Assembly: GCA_049676265.1 (NCBI GenBank) | Contig: JBAUBA010000027.1 | Span: 1 to 25,668, forward strand | From: Atribacterota bacterium | Lineage (GTDB): Bacteria; Atribacterota; Phoenicimicrobiia; Phoenicimicrobiales; Phoenicimicrobiaceae | DNA: 25,668 bases | Reading direction: 5' to 3' | Translations under genes and position numbers: made by a program | Notes under the pieces: model-generated | What the model was told of the DNA's origin: nothing | Database searches by the model: none | What the model saw: only the letters and a program-made list of their open reading frames with translations | In this document: positions 9,631 to 19,452 of the stretch, piece after piece | Position numbering within the stretch: the first letter of the stretch is position 1 | Layout of the letters: each line of letters opens with the position of its first letter

Positions 9631-10188
9631 ATGCTGCCAGATTTATTAAATGAAACAAGGGTTAAAATGGATAAAACAATTACAGCATTAAGAGATGAAT
9701 TTGCTCACATACGAACAGGAAGGGCTTCTTCAAACTTAGTAGACCGGATAAAAATATCCTATTATGGTACATTAACTCCCCTTAAACAATTAGCAAATAT
9801 ATCTATTCCAGAAGCGAATTTAATAGTTATTCAGCCTTGGGATAAAAATTGTATTTCTGAAATTGAAAAAGCTATATGGAAATCTGATTTAGGATTAGCC
9901 CCATCGATCGATGGTAATATTATTCGACTTACAGTGCCACCACTAAACGAGGAAAGACGGAAAGAGTTGGTAAAACTGGTAAAGAAAGAAGCCGAAAATG
10001 GGAAAATAGGCATAAGAAACATAAGAAGAGAAGCAAATGATTTAGTAAAAAAAGATGAGAAAGAAGGCAATACTTCAGAAGACGAATGTAAAAAGTATCA
10101 AAATAAAATTCAAGAGTTAACAGATGAGTATGTAGAAAATATTGATAAGTTATTGGAGCTTAAAGAAAAAGAAATTATGGAAGTATAG
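9631..10188 (+). CDS. frr: Ribosome recycling factor
   Basis: IRTGRAS, YYGTLTPLKQLANIS, PPLNEERRKELVK, RNIRR. Confidence 0.98.
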   Translation: MLPDLLNETRVKMDKTITALRDEFAHIRTGRASSNLVDRIKISYYGTLTPLKQLANISIPEANLIVIQPWDKNCISEIEKAIWKSDLGLAPSIDGNIIRLTVPPLNEERRKELVKLVKKEAENGKIGIRNIRREANDLVKKDEKEGNTSEDECKKYQNKIQELTDEYVENIDKLLELKEKEIMEV

Positions 10189-10227
10189 AAATTGTTTTGT
10201 AACAAATAAAAATAAAGGAGATTTTAA

Positions 10228-10398
<171 letters not shown>

Positions 10399-10406
10399 TA
10401 AATAAT

Positions 10407-10474
10407 AAAACCCCCTTCTCATTTTAATCTATATTAAACTATTTTGTATTAATATAATTTAAGGGGGTTTTTTT
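10407..10474 (+). terminator. Long hairpin with T tract between ferredoxin and uppS (possible intrinsic terminator)
   Basis: AAAACCCCCTT (10407-10417) pairs with AAGGGGGTTTT (10461-10471). Inner stem TATATTAA/TTAATATA; T7 run after the G tract. Confidence 0.55.
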
Positions 10475-10478
10475 ATAG

Positions 10479-11231
10479 GTGATGATTATTAGAAATTTTA
10501 AGATTAATAGAAATGAATTATTTGATAAAGATAAATTACCTCAACACCTTGCAATAATAATGGATGGAAATGGGCGATGGGCAGAGAGAAGGGGATTACC
10601 TCGAAGTGCAGGGCACAGGGAAGGCGCAAAAGCAGTTAGAAGAGTAATAACTAACTGCTTAGATTTTAATATTCCTATATTAACCATTTTTGCGTTTTCT
10701 ACGGAAAATTGGAAACGTCCAAAGAAGGAAATAATCTATCTAATAAAATTATTCGAAAGAGTTTTGAGCAGAGAAAAAGCGAACTTAGTTAAAAATAATA
10801 TAAAGATAAATTTTATAGGAAGATTAGATAATCTGCCTAACTCGCTTACTGAAAAAATGAAAGAATTGCATGAATCTACCAAGAGGAATAATAAACTTAT
10901 TTTAAATATTGCTATTAACTATAGCGGAAGAACAGAAATTGTTGATGCACTAAAATCTATATTACTAAAAATAGATAATAAAAAATTAAGCATTGAAGAA
11001 ATTAATGAAAATACTATTAGAGATAATTTGTATACCCATGATCTTCCTGATCCCGATCTACTAATTAGAACAGCAGGTGAAATGAGAATTAGTAATTTTA
11101 TGCTCTGGCAGATTGCTTACACGGAACTTTGGGTAACTCCTGTTTTTTGGCCTGACTTCGAGGAAAATAATTTAGTAGAAGCAATAATAAATTTCCAAAA
11201 AAGAGTGAGAAAATATGGAGGAAAAATATAA
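10479..11231 (+). CDS. uppS: Undecaprenyl-diphosphate synthase (isoprenyl transferase)
   Basis: IMDGNGRWA, FSTENWKRP, PDLLIRTAGEMRISNFMLWQIAY. Start is GTG 10479 or ATG 10482. Confidence 0.97.
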   Translation: MMIIRNFKINRNELFDKDKLPQHLAIIMDGNGRWAERRGLPRSAGHREGAKAVRRVITNCLDFNIPILTIFAFSTENWKRPKKEIIYLIKLFERVLSREKANLVKNNIKINFIGRLDNLPNSLTEKMKELHESTKRNNKLILNIAINYSGRTEIVDALKSILLKIDNKKLSIEEINENTIRDNLYTHDLPDPDLLIRTAGEMRISNFMLWQIAYTELWVTPVFWPDFEENNLVEAIINFQKRVRKYGGKI

Positions 11232-12036
11232 TAATTTTATAAAGAGAACTGCAACAACTATTATAGGGGTTTTTTTAGCTTTTTTAACAATATTTTGGGA
11301 AGGATTCCCTTTTTTTATCCTTGTAATAATAATAGCTTTACTGGGGTTAAGGGAATTATATAGCATAGCTGGCAAACAAGGATATAAACCATCATACATA
11401 TTAGGCGCCATACTAATATTATACTTCATTTTGATATCAGTATATGATCTTTATAGTTTGAATTGCTATATTGAAAATACAATGATTACTTTTTTAATTA
11501 TATTATCTTTTATTATACAATTATTTAAAAAAGATTTTTCCAAGGTATTAGCCGAGATATCCATTACAATTTTTGGAAGCATTTATTTAGGATACTTGTT
11601 ATCCTTTATGCTAAAAATAAAAGACCTACCCAATGGAAATTATTATCTCATTTCCCTGTTAATTGTTACTTGGGTCAATGATATTGGAGCTTATCTTATA
11701 GGTAGTTATCTTGGTAGAAATAAAATATTTCCTAAAATAAGCCCCAAAAAAACTATTGAAGGATCAATCGGGGGGATTATATTTAGTATTGCTGCTACAT
11801 TTGCCTTAAATAAATGGTTAAATTTAACATTTAATGAATTAATTTTCCTCGGTTTGATTATAGCAGTAATAGGGCAAATTGGTGATCTGTTTGAATCAGT
11901 ATTGAAAAGAGGTTCGGGAGTTAAAGATTCAGGGACTTTAATCCCTGGTCAAGGGGGGATGTTGGACGTTCTTGATAGTCTAATATTTACAGCCCCCGTA
12001 TTCTATTATTATATAATTTTGTTAATTTTACACTAG
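11215..12036 (+). CDS. cdsA: Phosphatidate cytidylyltransferase
   Basis: Polytopic membrane protein with SPKKTIEG and GDLFESVLKR....KDSG; uppS-cdsA-dxr context. The signature is partly degenerate (see findings). Confidence 0.93.
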   Translation: MEEKYNNFIKRTATTIIGVFLAFLTIFWEGFPFFILVIIIALLGLRELYSIAGKQGYKPSYILGAILILYFILISVYDLYSLNCYIENTMITFLIILSFIIQLFKKDFSKVLAEISITIFGSIYLGYLLSFMLKIKDLPNGNYYLISLLIVTWVNDIGAYLIGSYLGRNKIFPKISPKKTIEGSIGGIIFSIAATFALNKWLNLTFNELIFLGLIIAVIGQIGDLFESVLKRGSGVKDSGTLIPGQGGMLDVLDSLIFTAPVFYYYIILLILH

Positions 12037-12066
12037 TAAATACATTTGAAAGTAAGGGATTTAATA

Positions 12067-13245
12067 GTGAAGAAAAAAATAGTTATATTAGGTTCAACGG
12101 GTTCAGTAGGGCAACAAACTCTGGAAGTTACAAAACAACATCTAAATGAATTTGAAGTAGTGGGTCTAAGCGGCTGGGAAAATACAAAATTGCTTCAGGA
12201 GCAGATAAGTTTTTATAAACCTAAAATAGCAGTAGTTAAAAATGAAATTATTGCCAGGAATTTGAAAAAGAATTTAAACAAACAAAATAATATTGAAATA
12301 TTATGGGGAACTAACGGATTAATAGATATGGCAACCTTAGAAGAAGCCGATATTATTGTAGTTGCCATCACCGGGATAGCATCTCTTATACCTACTTTTG
12401 AAGCAGTGAAAAAGGGGAAAAGAGTTGCTTTGTCCAGCAAAGAAGCAATGGTAGTAGGCGGCGAATTATTAGTGAGGGAAGCAATTTCTAAAAATGCAAA
12501 AATTATACCGATAGATAGTGAACATAGTGCAATTTTACAGTGTTTAAAGAATGAGAAAAAAGATTGTGTTGAAAAAATTATACTAACGGCATCCGGGGGT
12601 GCTCTCTATAATTTTACCGAAGCTGCTCTAAAAAATGTAACAGTTGAGGACGCGCTGAATCACCCCACCTGGAAAATGGGGAAAAAGGTCACTATTGATT
12701 CGGCTACCTTGATGAATAAAGGATTAGAAGTGATTGAAGCAAAATGGTTTTTTAATATACCGGCTAATAAGATAGAAATAATAATTCACCCCCAAAGTTA
12801 TGTGCACTCAATGGTTCAATTTACAGATGGTACTATTTTAGCTCAAATAGGTGAACACGATATGAAGATTCCCATCCAGTACGCTTTATTTTATCCTACT
12901 AGAACTATTAATAACTTTCCACGCTTAGAATTAACCAAAATAGGACAATTAACTTTTAAGAAACCAAATTTTAGCAAATTCCCCTGTATTAAACTTGCCT
13001 ACCATGCATTAGAGATTGGGGGAACAATGCCTACAGTATTAAATGGCGCAAATGAAATTGCGGTTGATGCTTTTTTAAATAATCAAATAGGTTTTTTAGC
13101 AATTCCTCAAATTATTCAAGACACAATGAAAGAGCATAAAGCAAAGTATAATCCTGATATTAACGATATTTTAGATGCTGACTACTGGGCCAGGGAAAGG
13201 GCTTTAAATTTTTGTAAAAATATAAAGCCCAGTAATAAGCAATAA
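12067..13245 (+). CDS. dxr: 1-deoxy-D-xylulose 5-phosphate reductoisomerase
   Basis: ILGSTGSVG, PIDSEH, HPTWKMGKKVTIDSATLMNKGLEVIEA. GTG at 12067 follows AAGGGA and is preferred over the track's TTG at 12046. Confidence 0.97.
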   Translation: MKKKIVILGSTGSVGQQTLEVTKQHLNEFEVVGLSGWENTKLLQEQISFYKPKIAVVKNEIIARNLKKNLNKQNNIEILWGTNGLIDMATLEEADIIVVAITGIASLIPTFEAVKKGKRVALSSKEAMVVGGELLVREAISKNAKIIPIDSEHSAILQCLKNEKKDCVEKIILTASGGALYNFTEAALKNVTVEDALNHPTWKMGKKVTIDSATLMNKGLEVIEAKWFFNIPANKIEIIIHPQSYVHSMVQFTDGTILAQIGEHDMKIPIQYALFYPTRTINNFPRLELTKIGQLTFKKPNFSKFPCIKLAYHALEIGGTMPTVLNGANEIAVDAFLNNQIGFLAIPQIIQDTMKEHKAKYNPDINDILDADYWARERALNFCKNIKPSNKQ

Positions 13246-13316
13246 GTAATGAGTAATGAGCTTAAAATTTAGAAATCATAGAAGTTGTTAGCTAGTTAGT
13301 TGGTTACTTGGTTAAG
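13231..13316 (+). repeat. AG(T/C)AAT(A/G) heptamer x4 (13231..13260) and TTGGTTAG-type octamers (about 13285..13316)
   Basis: AGTAATA AGCAATA AGTAATG AGTAATG overlaps the dxr stop. CTAGTTAG TTGGTTAC TTGGTTAA resembles 692..707. Confidence 0.75.
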
Positions 13317-13418
13317 AATACAGAAACCTTAACAAACTGATAAACAATAATTGAATCCTGATTTTCCTAACGCAATACTCGATACGCAATACGCGATACG
13401 ATACGTTAACGACTAATT
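13317..13418 (-). repeat. Dispersed intergenic repeat module A (copy 2, inverted)
   Basis: Reverse complement aligns to 475..569 (86/95, one extra heptamer). Ends 6 nt before the rseP RBS GGAG. Confidence 0.9.
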
Positions 13419-13433
13419 TAAATTGGAGTAAAA

Positions 13434-14483
13434 ATGATTACTATAATTTCCTTTATATTCGTTTTTAGTATTTTAATATTTTTTCATGAATTGGGTCATT
13501 TTATTGCCGCAAAAGCATCCGGAGTAAGAGTATATAAATTTTCCTTTGGTTTCGGACCAAGAATATTAGGGTTTACAAAAAACCAAACAGAATACCTAAT
13601 CTGCTTAATTCCTCTTGGTGGTTATGTAAAAATGGCTGGGGAAATGGGGCAGAAAGATGTTAAAGAAACATCAGAAGAAGAAGTGCCCGAAGAACAAAAA
13701 TTTGACAAGAAAACATTGGGGATTAGAGCTTTGATAGTGGCCTTAGGACCTTTTATGAATATTGCAACTGCAGTGGTTATATTTAGTCTTATATTTTTTG
13801 TAAATGGGATTCCGGTGGTTACCAATTATGTATCGACTGTTAATGAAAATGGCCCTGCCGAACAAGCGGGCATACTTCCCGAAGATAAAATTATCGCGAT
13901 TGATTCGATAGAAATGGAAGATCCTAATAAAATTGCAAATACTATAAATAAAAGTTCAGGAGAAGAATTACAGATAACCCTGGATAGGGAAGGGGAAATT
14001 ATTGATGTTTTTGTAATTCCGAAATACGACGATGATTATAAAAAAAGGCTAATCGGAATTACCTTTGAAGTATATGTTGAAAAGATTAATATATTTTCAG
14101 CATTTTCCAAGGGCTTAATTGCAACTGGCAATATTATAAAACTAATATTTACCAATATAATAGAAATGATTACTGGAAAAGTTCCTCTTGAAATAGCAGG
14201 ACCTTTAGGTATAGCACAAATGACCGGAGAAGCAGCAAAATTAGGTTTCGTAAACTTGCTATATTTTACCGCAATTTTAAGTATATTTATAGGAATATTT
14301 AATCTTCTTCCTATACCCATTTTAGATGGCGGTCAAATAATAATTTTAGTTATAGAAAAATTAAGGGGCAAACCCTTAGAGGCTGAAAAAATAAACTTTA
14401 TGTATTTATTCGGAATATCTCTTATGATAATTATTTTTGTAATTGCCACTTATAAGGATATTTTAAGGCTGTTTGCCAAGTGA
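13434..14483 (+). CDS. rseP: RIP metalloprotease RseP (M50, single PDZ)
   Basis: HELGH, IPLGGYVKMAG, GPFMN, NLLPIPILDGG. Confidence 0.96.
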   Translation: MITIISFIFVFSILIFFHELGHFIAAKASGVRVYKFSFGFGPRILGFTKNQTEYLICLIPLGGYVKMAGEMGQKDVKETSEEEVPEEQKFDKKTLGIRALIVALGPFMNIATAVVIFSLIFFVNGIPVVTNYVSTVNENGPAEQAGILPEDKIIAIDSIEMEDPNKIANTINKSSGEELQITLDREGEIIDVFVIPKYDDDYKKRLIGITFEVYVEKINIFSAFSKGLIATGNIIKLIFTNIIEMITGKVPLEIAGPLGIAQMTGEAAKLGFVNLLYFTAILSIFIGIFNLLPIPILDGGQIIILVIEKLRGKPLEAEKINFMYLFGISLMIIIFVIATYKDILRLFAK

Positions 14484-14504
14484 AAAATAAGGAAATTGTA
14501 AGTT

Positions 14505-15557
14505 ATGTATAAGAGAAGAAAGACCAGAAGTATTAGAGTGGGTAACTTGGAAATTGGAGGAAATGCTCCAATTTCAGTTCAATCAATGACTAATACTGAC
14601 ACGAAAAATATCTCAGATACAGTATCCCAAATAAAAAGAATGGAAAAAGAAGGTTGTGAACTTGTAAGAGTAGCTGTTCCGGATTTTGAATCATGTTACT
14701 CGCTGCCTCTAATAAAAAAAGAAATTAATATACCTCTGGTTGCCGATATTCATTATGATTATAAATTAGCCTTAAAAGCAATCGAACTTGGAGTAGATGG
14801 ATTAAGAATAAACCCCGGGAATATAAAAAATGTAGAAAAGCTTAAATTAATTATAAAATCAGCAAAAGAAAGAAATCTACCTATCAGGTTTGGTATAAAC
14901 TCAGGTTCGTTAGATAAAAATATACTAAAGATACATAAAAGAATAACTCCCGAAGCTCTAATAGAAAGTGCTAAAAATATTATCAAGATATTGGAAGAGG
15001 TTGACTATCATAATGTAAAATTCTCCATTAAATCTACGGATGTAATTAGCACCATCGAAGCGAATAATATATTTTCCTCAAAATATGATTATCCTTTACA
15101 TTTGGGGATTACTGAAGCAGGCCCGCCTTTTTCAGGCATTATTAAATCATCTGTGGGAATCGGTTCTTTATTATTTCAAGGAATCGGTGACACCATTAGA
15201 GTATCTTTGACCGGAGATCCCGTAAAAGAAATAAAAGTGGGGTACGAGATATTAAAAGCCTTACATCTTAGACAAAGGGGCCCAAATTTAATTTCTTGCC
15301 CAACCTGTGGAAGATGCAAAGTAGATTTAGATAAAATTGTGAAAAAAGTAGAAAAAAAGATTTGTCATATCGCTAAACCATTAACTATTGCAGTTATGGG
15401 TTGTATGGTAAATGGGCCGGGCGAAGCAAGAGAAGCTGATATAGGTGTTGCCTTCGATAAAGAAAAGGGAGTACTGTTTAAAAAAGGTAAGATAATCGCT
15501 AAAGATAGTGATAAAATAATAATAAGAAGATTATTGGAAGAAATTAAAAATGAGTAA
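14505..15557 (+). CDS. ispG: 4-hydroxy-3-methylbut-2-en-1-yl diphosphate synthase
   Basis: PISVQSMTNT, RINPGN, PLHLGITEAG, GDTIRVSLT, CPTCGRC, MGCMVNGPGEA. Confidence 0.98.
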   Translation: MYKRRKTRSIRVGNLEIGGNAPISVQSMTNTDTKNISDTVSQIKRMEKEGCELVRVAVPDFESCYSLPLIKKEINIPLVADIHYDYKLALKAIELGVDGLRINPGNIKNVEKLKLIIKSAKERNLPIRFGINSGSLDKNILKIHKRITPEALIESAKNIIKILEEVDYHNVKFSIKSTDVISTIEANNIFSSKYDYPLHLGITEAGPPFSGIIKSSVGIGSLLFQGIGDTIRVSLTGDPVKEIKVGYEILKALHLRQRGPNLISCPTCGRCKVDLDKIVKKVEKKICHIAKPLTIAVMGCMVNGPGEAREADIGVAFDKEKGVLFKKGKIIAKDSDKIIIRRLLEEIKNE

Positions 15558-15561
15558 AAAA

Positions 15562-15590
15562 TTGAGAATAATTTTCTGATATGTTATAAT
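15562..15590 (+). promoter_or_regulatory. Sigma70-type promoter of the V/A-ATPase operon
   Basis: -35 TTGAGA (15562-15567), 17-nt spacer, extended -10 TGnTATAAT (15582-15590). Confidence 0.8.
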
Positions 15591-15693
15591 TTTAGTTATA
15601 TATTTATTAATAGAGCGATGCATTCATAAATTGTAATCCATAATTTATGAAGTTTTTTATAGACTATTTTATAATTACTGAGGGGTGAATTAT

Positions 15694-16011
15694 TTGTTAA
15701 ATAAGATCATCGAAGAAGTTAAAAAAACTGAGACTGCTGCAGATAAAATTATTAAAGAAGCCGGTGATAAAGCTGAAAAAATCATTAATGATGCTCAGGA
15801 AGAAGCTGATAAGTTAATGGAAAGAATCAAAGAAGAAACTAAAAAAGATGGAAAAGTAATCATTGAAAGAGAGGAAGAATCGGCCAGAATAGAAGCAGAT
15901 AATATTAGAAAAAGTTGCGAAAGAGAAAAAGAAGAATTAGGTAGAAAATCTTTAAAAAATATCGATGAAGCCGCAAAAATAATAATTAAAAAAGTGATGG
16001 AAGGAAAATAA
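15694..16011 (+). CDS. V/A-type ATPase peripheral stalk subunit G/H (NtpF-like)
   Basis: Charged coiled-coil (E..A..II..A...A..II..A) as first gene of the operon. TTG 15694 follows the SD GAGGGGTGA; the track start is GTG 15685. Confidence 0.8.
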   Translation: MLNKIIEEVKKTETAADKIIKEAGDKAEKIINDAQEEADKLMERIKEETKKDGKVIIEREEESARIEADNIRKSCEREKEELGRKSLKNIDEAAKIIIKKVMEGK

Positions 16012-18005
16012 TGGCTGTTTGCAAAGTAAAAAAGGTAAACATTTTTACTCATCTTGAGTTAAAAGACAATATTATTGAGGAACTCCAAAAAGCAGGCTGT
16101 ATCCAGATAATAGATATTACATCTAAATTAAAGATATCCGGTTTGTTAGGCTTTAACGAAATAAATATTACCGAAAGCGACTCCGCATTGGCAGAAGTGA
16201 AATATTGCGTAGATTACCTGTCAAATTTTCAAAGCAAATCCAAAAAATCAGATAAGTCTGTATCAACTTTGGACAACGTTTATGATTATAAAAAATTGTC
16301 TTCTTTATTTTTACAACATGATTATAAAAAAATCTATGAAAAGTGCGTAGAATCAGATGGAGACCTTAAAAAACTAAAAACTAGAGAAAATCATCTGAAA
16401 AATACTCAAGAACAGTTGGAAGAATGGAGAGAATTAGACGTAAAAATAGAAGATTTAGAAGAAACAAAAAATACTAGAACTATTACCGGAACTCTCTCTT
16501 CAAAAGATTTTATTTCTTGCCTGGAAGAAATAAAAAAAATAGGCAAAGAAATAGAAATAAAAAAAATTAGTGAAGACAAAAAACAAAGTAAGGTAGTCAT
16601 TCTTTCAATATCTGAATACCATTCTTCTATTAAAAAAATATTGAGTAAATATAGTATTGACTATTTTAAAGCGCCCTTAGAATTCAGTGGAACTCCAAAT
16701 GATATCTTGGGCGATATATCCGAAGAATTAAAAAATATTGAAGAAAAAAGAAAAATAATTTTTGATGCAAGTAAAAAGCTGAATAGAGAGAATTTATGGT
16801 TATACGCCGCTTTTGATTATCTATCCATCTTAAAAAGCAAAAAAGATATAGAAAAATATATCAAACAGACTAAAAAAGTAATAATTATCGAGGGATGGAT
16901 TTTAGAGAAAGACCTAAATAAATTAAAAAATACATTATACAAAAAATTTAAAGAATTAGAGGTAGTCTTTAGTGACCCTAAAGAAACTGATGATATACCG
17001 GTAGCTTTAAAAAATAATAAGTTTGTAGAACCTTTTGAATCAGTAACCGAACTGTATGGAATCCCCAAATATACTGAATTTGACCCCACTCCCTTATTTA
17101 CTCCTTTTTATTTTATTTTCTTTGGGATGTGTTTGTCTGATGCCGGTTACGGCTTAGTTATAGCTGTTTTGTCTTACCTGGCTTTGAAAAAATTCAAATT
17201 TGAAGGAATGGCAAAGAAATTTTTTGGATTATTTTTCCTAGGGGGTATATCCACTTTTATTATGGGGGCGATTATGGGTAGTTGGATGGGTGATACACTT
17301 AATTATCTTCCAGAAAATCTTTTATTTGTAAAAACTTTTTTAATTAATACAATATCCTTGCTTGACCCGATAAAAGACCCCATGCCTCTATTATTGATAT
17401 CTCTATCTTTGGGAGTAATCCAAATTTACGCCGGGTTTATTATTAAATTTATTGCAAACGTTAAAAAAAATAAGATTAAAACAGGATTGATGGACCAGGG
17501 CTCATGGTTGTTATTGATTTCCGGATTACTTTTATCTATATTAGTAAATAGTGTTGGTTCTTTAGCGGGTTTAAAAATTATCACAAAATATATTACTTGG
17601 GCAGGATTGTTATCTGTAGTTGTTACACAGGGAAGATCAAATAAGAATATTATACTAAAAGCTGCTGGTGGAGTACTAAGTTTATACGATATTATTGGTT
17701 ATTTTAGTGACATACTTTCTTATTCACGTCTATTTGCCCTGGGATTATCTACTGCAGTATTGGCAGTGGTAGTAAATAACTTTGTAATGTTGTTTAAGGA
17801 TATTCCATTTGTTGGTTTTATTCTAGCAGCTTTAGTTTTTATTATTGGACATTTTTTTAATATGCTGATAAGCGGCATGGGGGCATTTATCCATTCAACT
17901 CGTTTACAGTACGTAGAATATTTTACTAAGTTTTACGAAGGTGGAGGAACTCCCTTTAAACCTTTTAAGGTCATCACTAAATATACAAAGGTTCAAACTA
18001 GTTAG
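16011..18005 (+). CDS. ntpI: V/A-type ATPase subunit I (a)
   Basis: EFDPTP, FFGMCLSDAGYG, SDILSYSRLFALGL (essential Arg), HSTRLQYVEYFTKFYEGGG. Confidence 0.97.
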   Translation: MAVCKVKKVNIFTHLELKDNIIEELQKAGCIQIIDITSKLKISGLLGFNEINITESDSALAEVKYCVDYLSNFQSKSKKSDKSVSTLDNVYDYKKLSSLFLQHDYKKIYEKCVESDGDLKKLKTRENHLKNTQEQLEEWRELDVKIEDLEETKNTRTITGTLSSKDFISCLEEIKKIGKEIEIKKISEDKKQSKVVILSISEYHSSIKKILSKYSIDYFKAPLEFSGTPNDILGDISEELKNIEEKRKIIFDASKKLNRENLWLYAAFDYLSILKSKKDIEKYIKQTKKVIIIEGWILEKDLNKLKNTLYKKFKELEVVFSDPKETDDIPVALKNNKFVEPFESVTELYGIPKYTEFDPTPLFTPFYFIFFGMCLSDAGYGLVIAVLSYLALKKFKFEGMAKKFFGLFFLGGISTFIMGAIMGSWMGDTLNYLPENLLFVKTFLINTISLLDPIKDPMPLLLISLSLGVIQIYAGFIIKFIANVKKNKIKTGLMDQGSWLLLISGLLLSILVNSVGSLAGLKIITKYITWAGLLSVVVTQGRSNKNIILKAAGGVLSLYDIIGYFSDILSYSRLFALGLSTAVLAVVVNNFVMLFKDIPFVGFILAALVFIIGHFFNMLISGMGAFIHSTRLQYVEYFTKFYEGGGTPFKPFKVITKYTKVQTS

Positions 18006-18012
18006 GAAACAG

Positions 18013-18047
18013 TAATTCGTATCGAGTATCGCGTAAGGAAGATAAGA
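18013..18047 (+). repeat. Short module A-type array in ntpI/ntpK spacer
   Basis: TAATT CGTATCG AGTATCG CGTAAGG AAGATAAGA. Same frame as 8776..8821 (TAATTCGTATC...AAGATAAGA). Confidence 0.75.
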
Positions 18048-18087
18048 CTTAGGAGTATTAGTTAAACTTTTCATTAATTAGAAATAG

Positions 18088-18573
<486 letters not shown>

Positions 18574-18588
18574 AAGGACGACTATTAT

Positions 18589-19185
18589 ATGACTATTAAA
18601 GATATAAGCGAAAAAATTATATCTGATGCAAAAATTCAAGCAGATAAAATTATTGCTAAGGCGGAAGATAACGCAAATAATATTAAAAATAAAGGTAGAA
18701 AAGAAGCAGATAATATAAAAAAGACCATATTATACAAGATCAATCAAGAAGCTTCTTTAAAAAAGAGCAAAATATTAACTGAGGCGAATTTAGGAGCAAA
18801 GAAAACTATCCTATCAGAAAAGCAAAAAATTATGGGAGATGTTTTTGCTAATGCCCTGGAAAGCATTTTAAAATTAAGCAATAAAGAATATCAAAACTTT
18901 ATAAAAAAATTGATATTAGATAATATTGAAAAAGGCGATGAAACTATCTTTATTGGGGATTCAGATAAAAATAGAATATCTAAAGTTTTTATCGAAGATA
19001 CAAACAAAGAAGTAGAAGCCAAAGGCAAAAAGGGTGAATTAAAATTATCTAATTCTTACCTTACGATAAAAGGTGGAATAATTATTGGGTCTGGTGCGAT
19101 AAGAAAAAATATTTCATTGGAATTACTATTAAAAAACGTTAGAGAAGAATCAGAAACGCAGGTAAGTAAAATTTTATTTGATTAA
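18589..19185 (+). CDS. ntpE: V/A-type ATPase subunit E
   Basis: N-terminal coiled coil, C-terminal IKGGIII...NISLE; operon position. Confidence 0.92.
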   Translation: MTIKDISEKIISDAKIQADKIIAKAEDNANNIKNKGRKEADNIKKTILYKINQEASLKKSKILTEANLGAKKTILSEKQKIMGDVFANALESILKLSNKEYQNFIKKLILDNIEKGDETIFIGDSDKNRISKVFIEDTNKEVEAKGKKGELKLSNSYLTIKGGIIIGSGAIRKNISLELLLKNVREESETQVSKILFD

Positions 19186-19332
19186 ATTGTATAGGAATTT
19201 CCTTTTTTCGTAAGCCCTAATTAACATAAGCTTAAAATTAAAAATTTAAATATATTGTTTTATCTATTGATTTCCATCTTTCTTATCTTGCATGCTATAT
19301 AGCAAAAATGAAAAGATAAAGAAGCAAAAACT

Positions 19333-19452
19333 AAAACTTAAAATTTAGTACTGAGAGAGAAAGTTTTAAGTTTTGAATGATGGTTTTTCGCTTTTAATTT
19401 TAAATTTTTAGCCATATACTAATAATTGTATTTGAGACTAACGACTAATTTA
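19333..19452 (-). repeat. ntpE/ntpC spacer repeats: AAAACTT hairpin, inverted module C, inverted cap
   Basis: AAAACTTAAAATTT (19333-19346) vs AAGTTTTAAGTTTT (19361-19374). 19376..19412 matches 611..647 in reverse complement. 19438..19452 is the exact reverse complement of 7092..7106. Confidence 0.75.
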
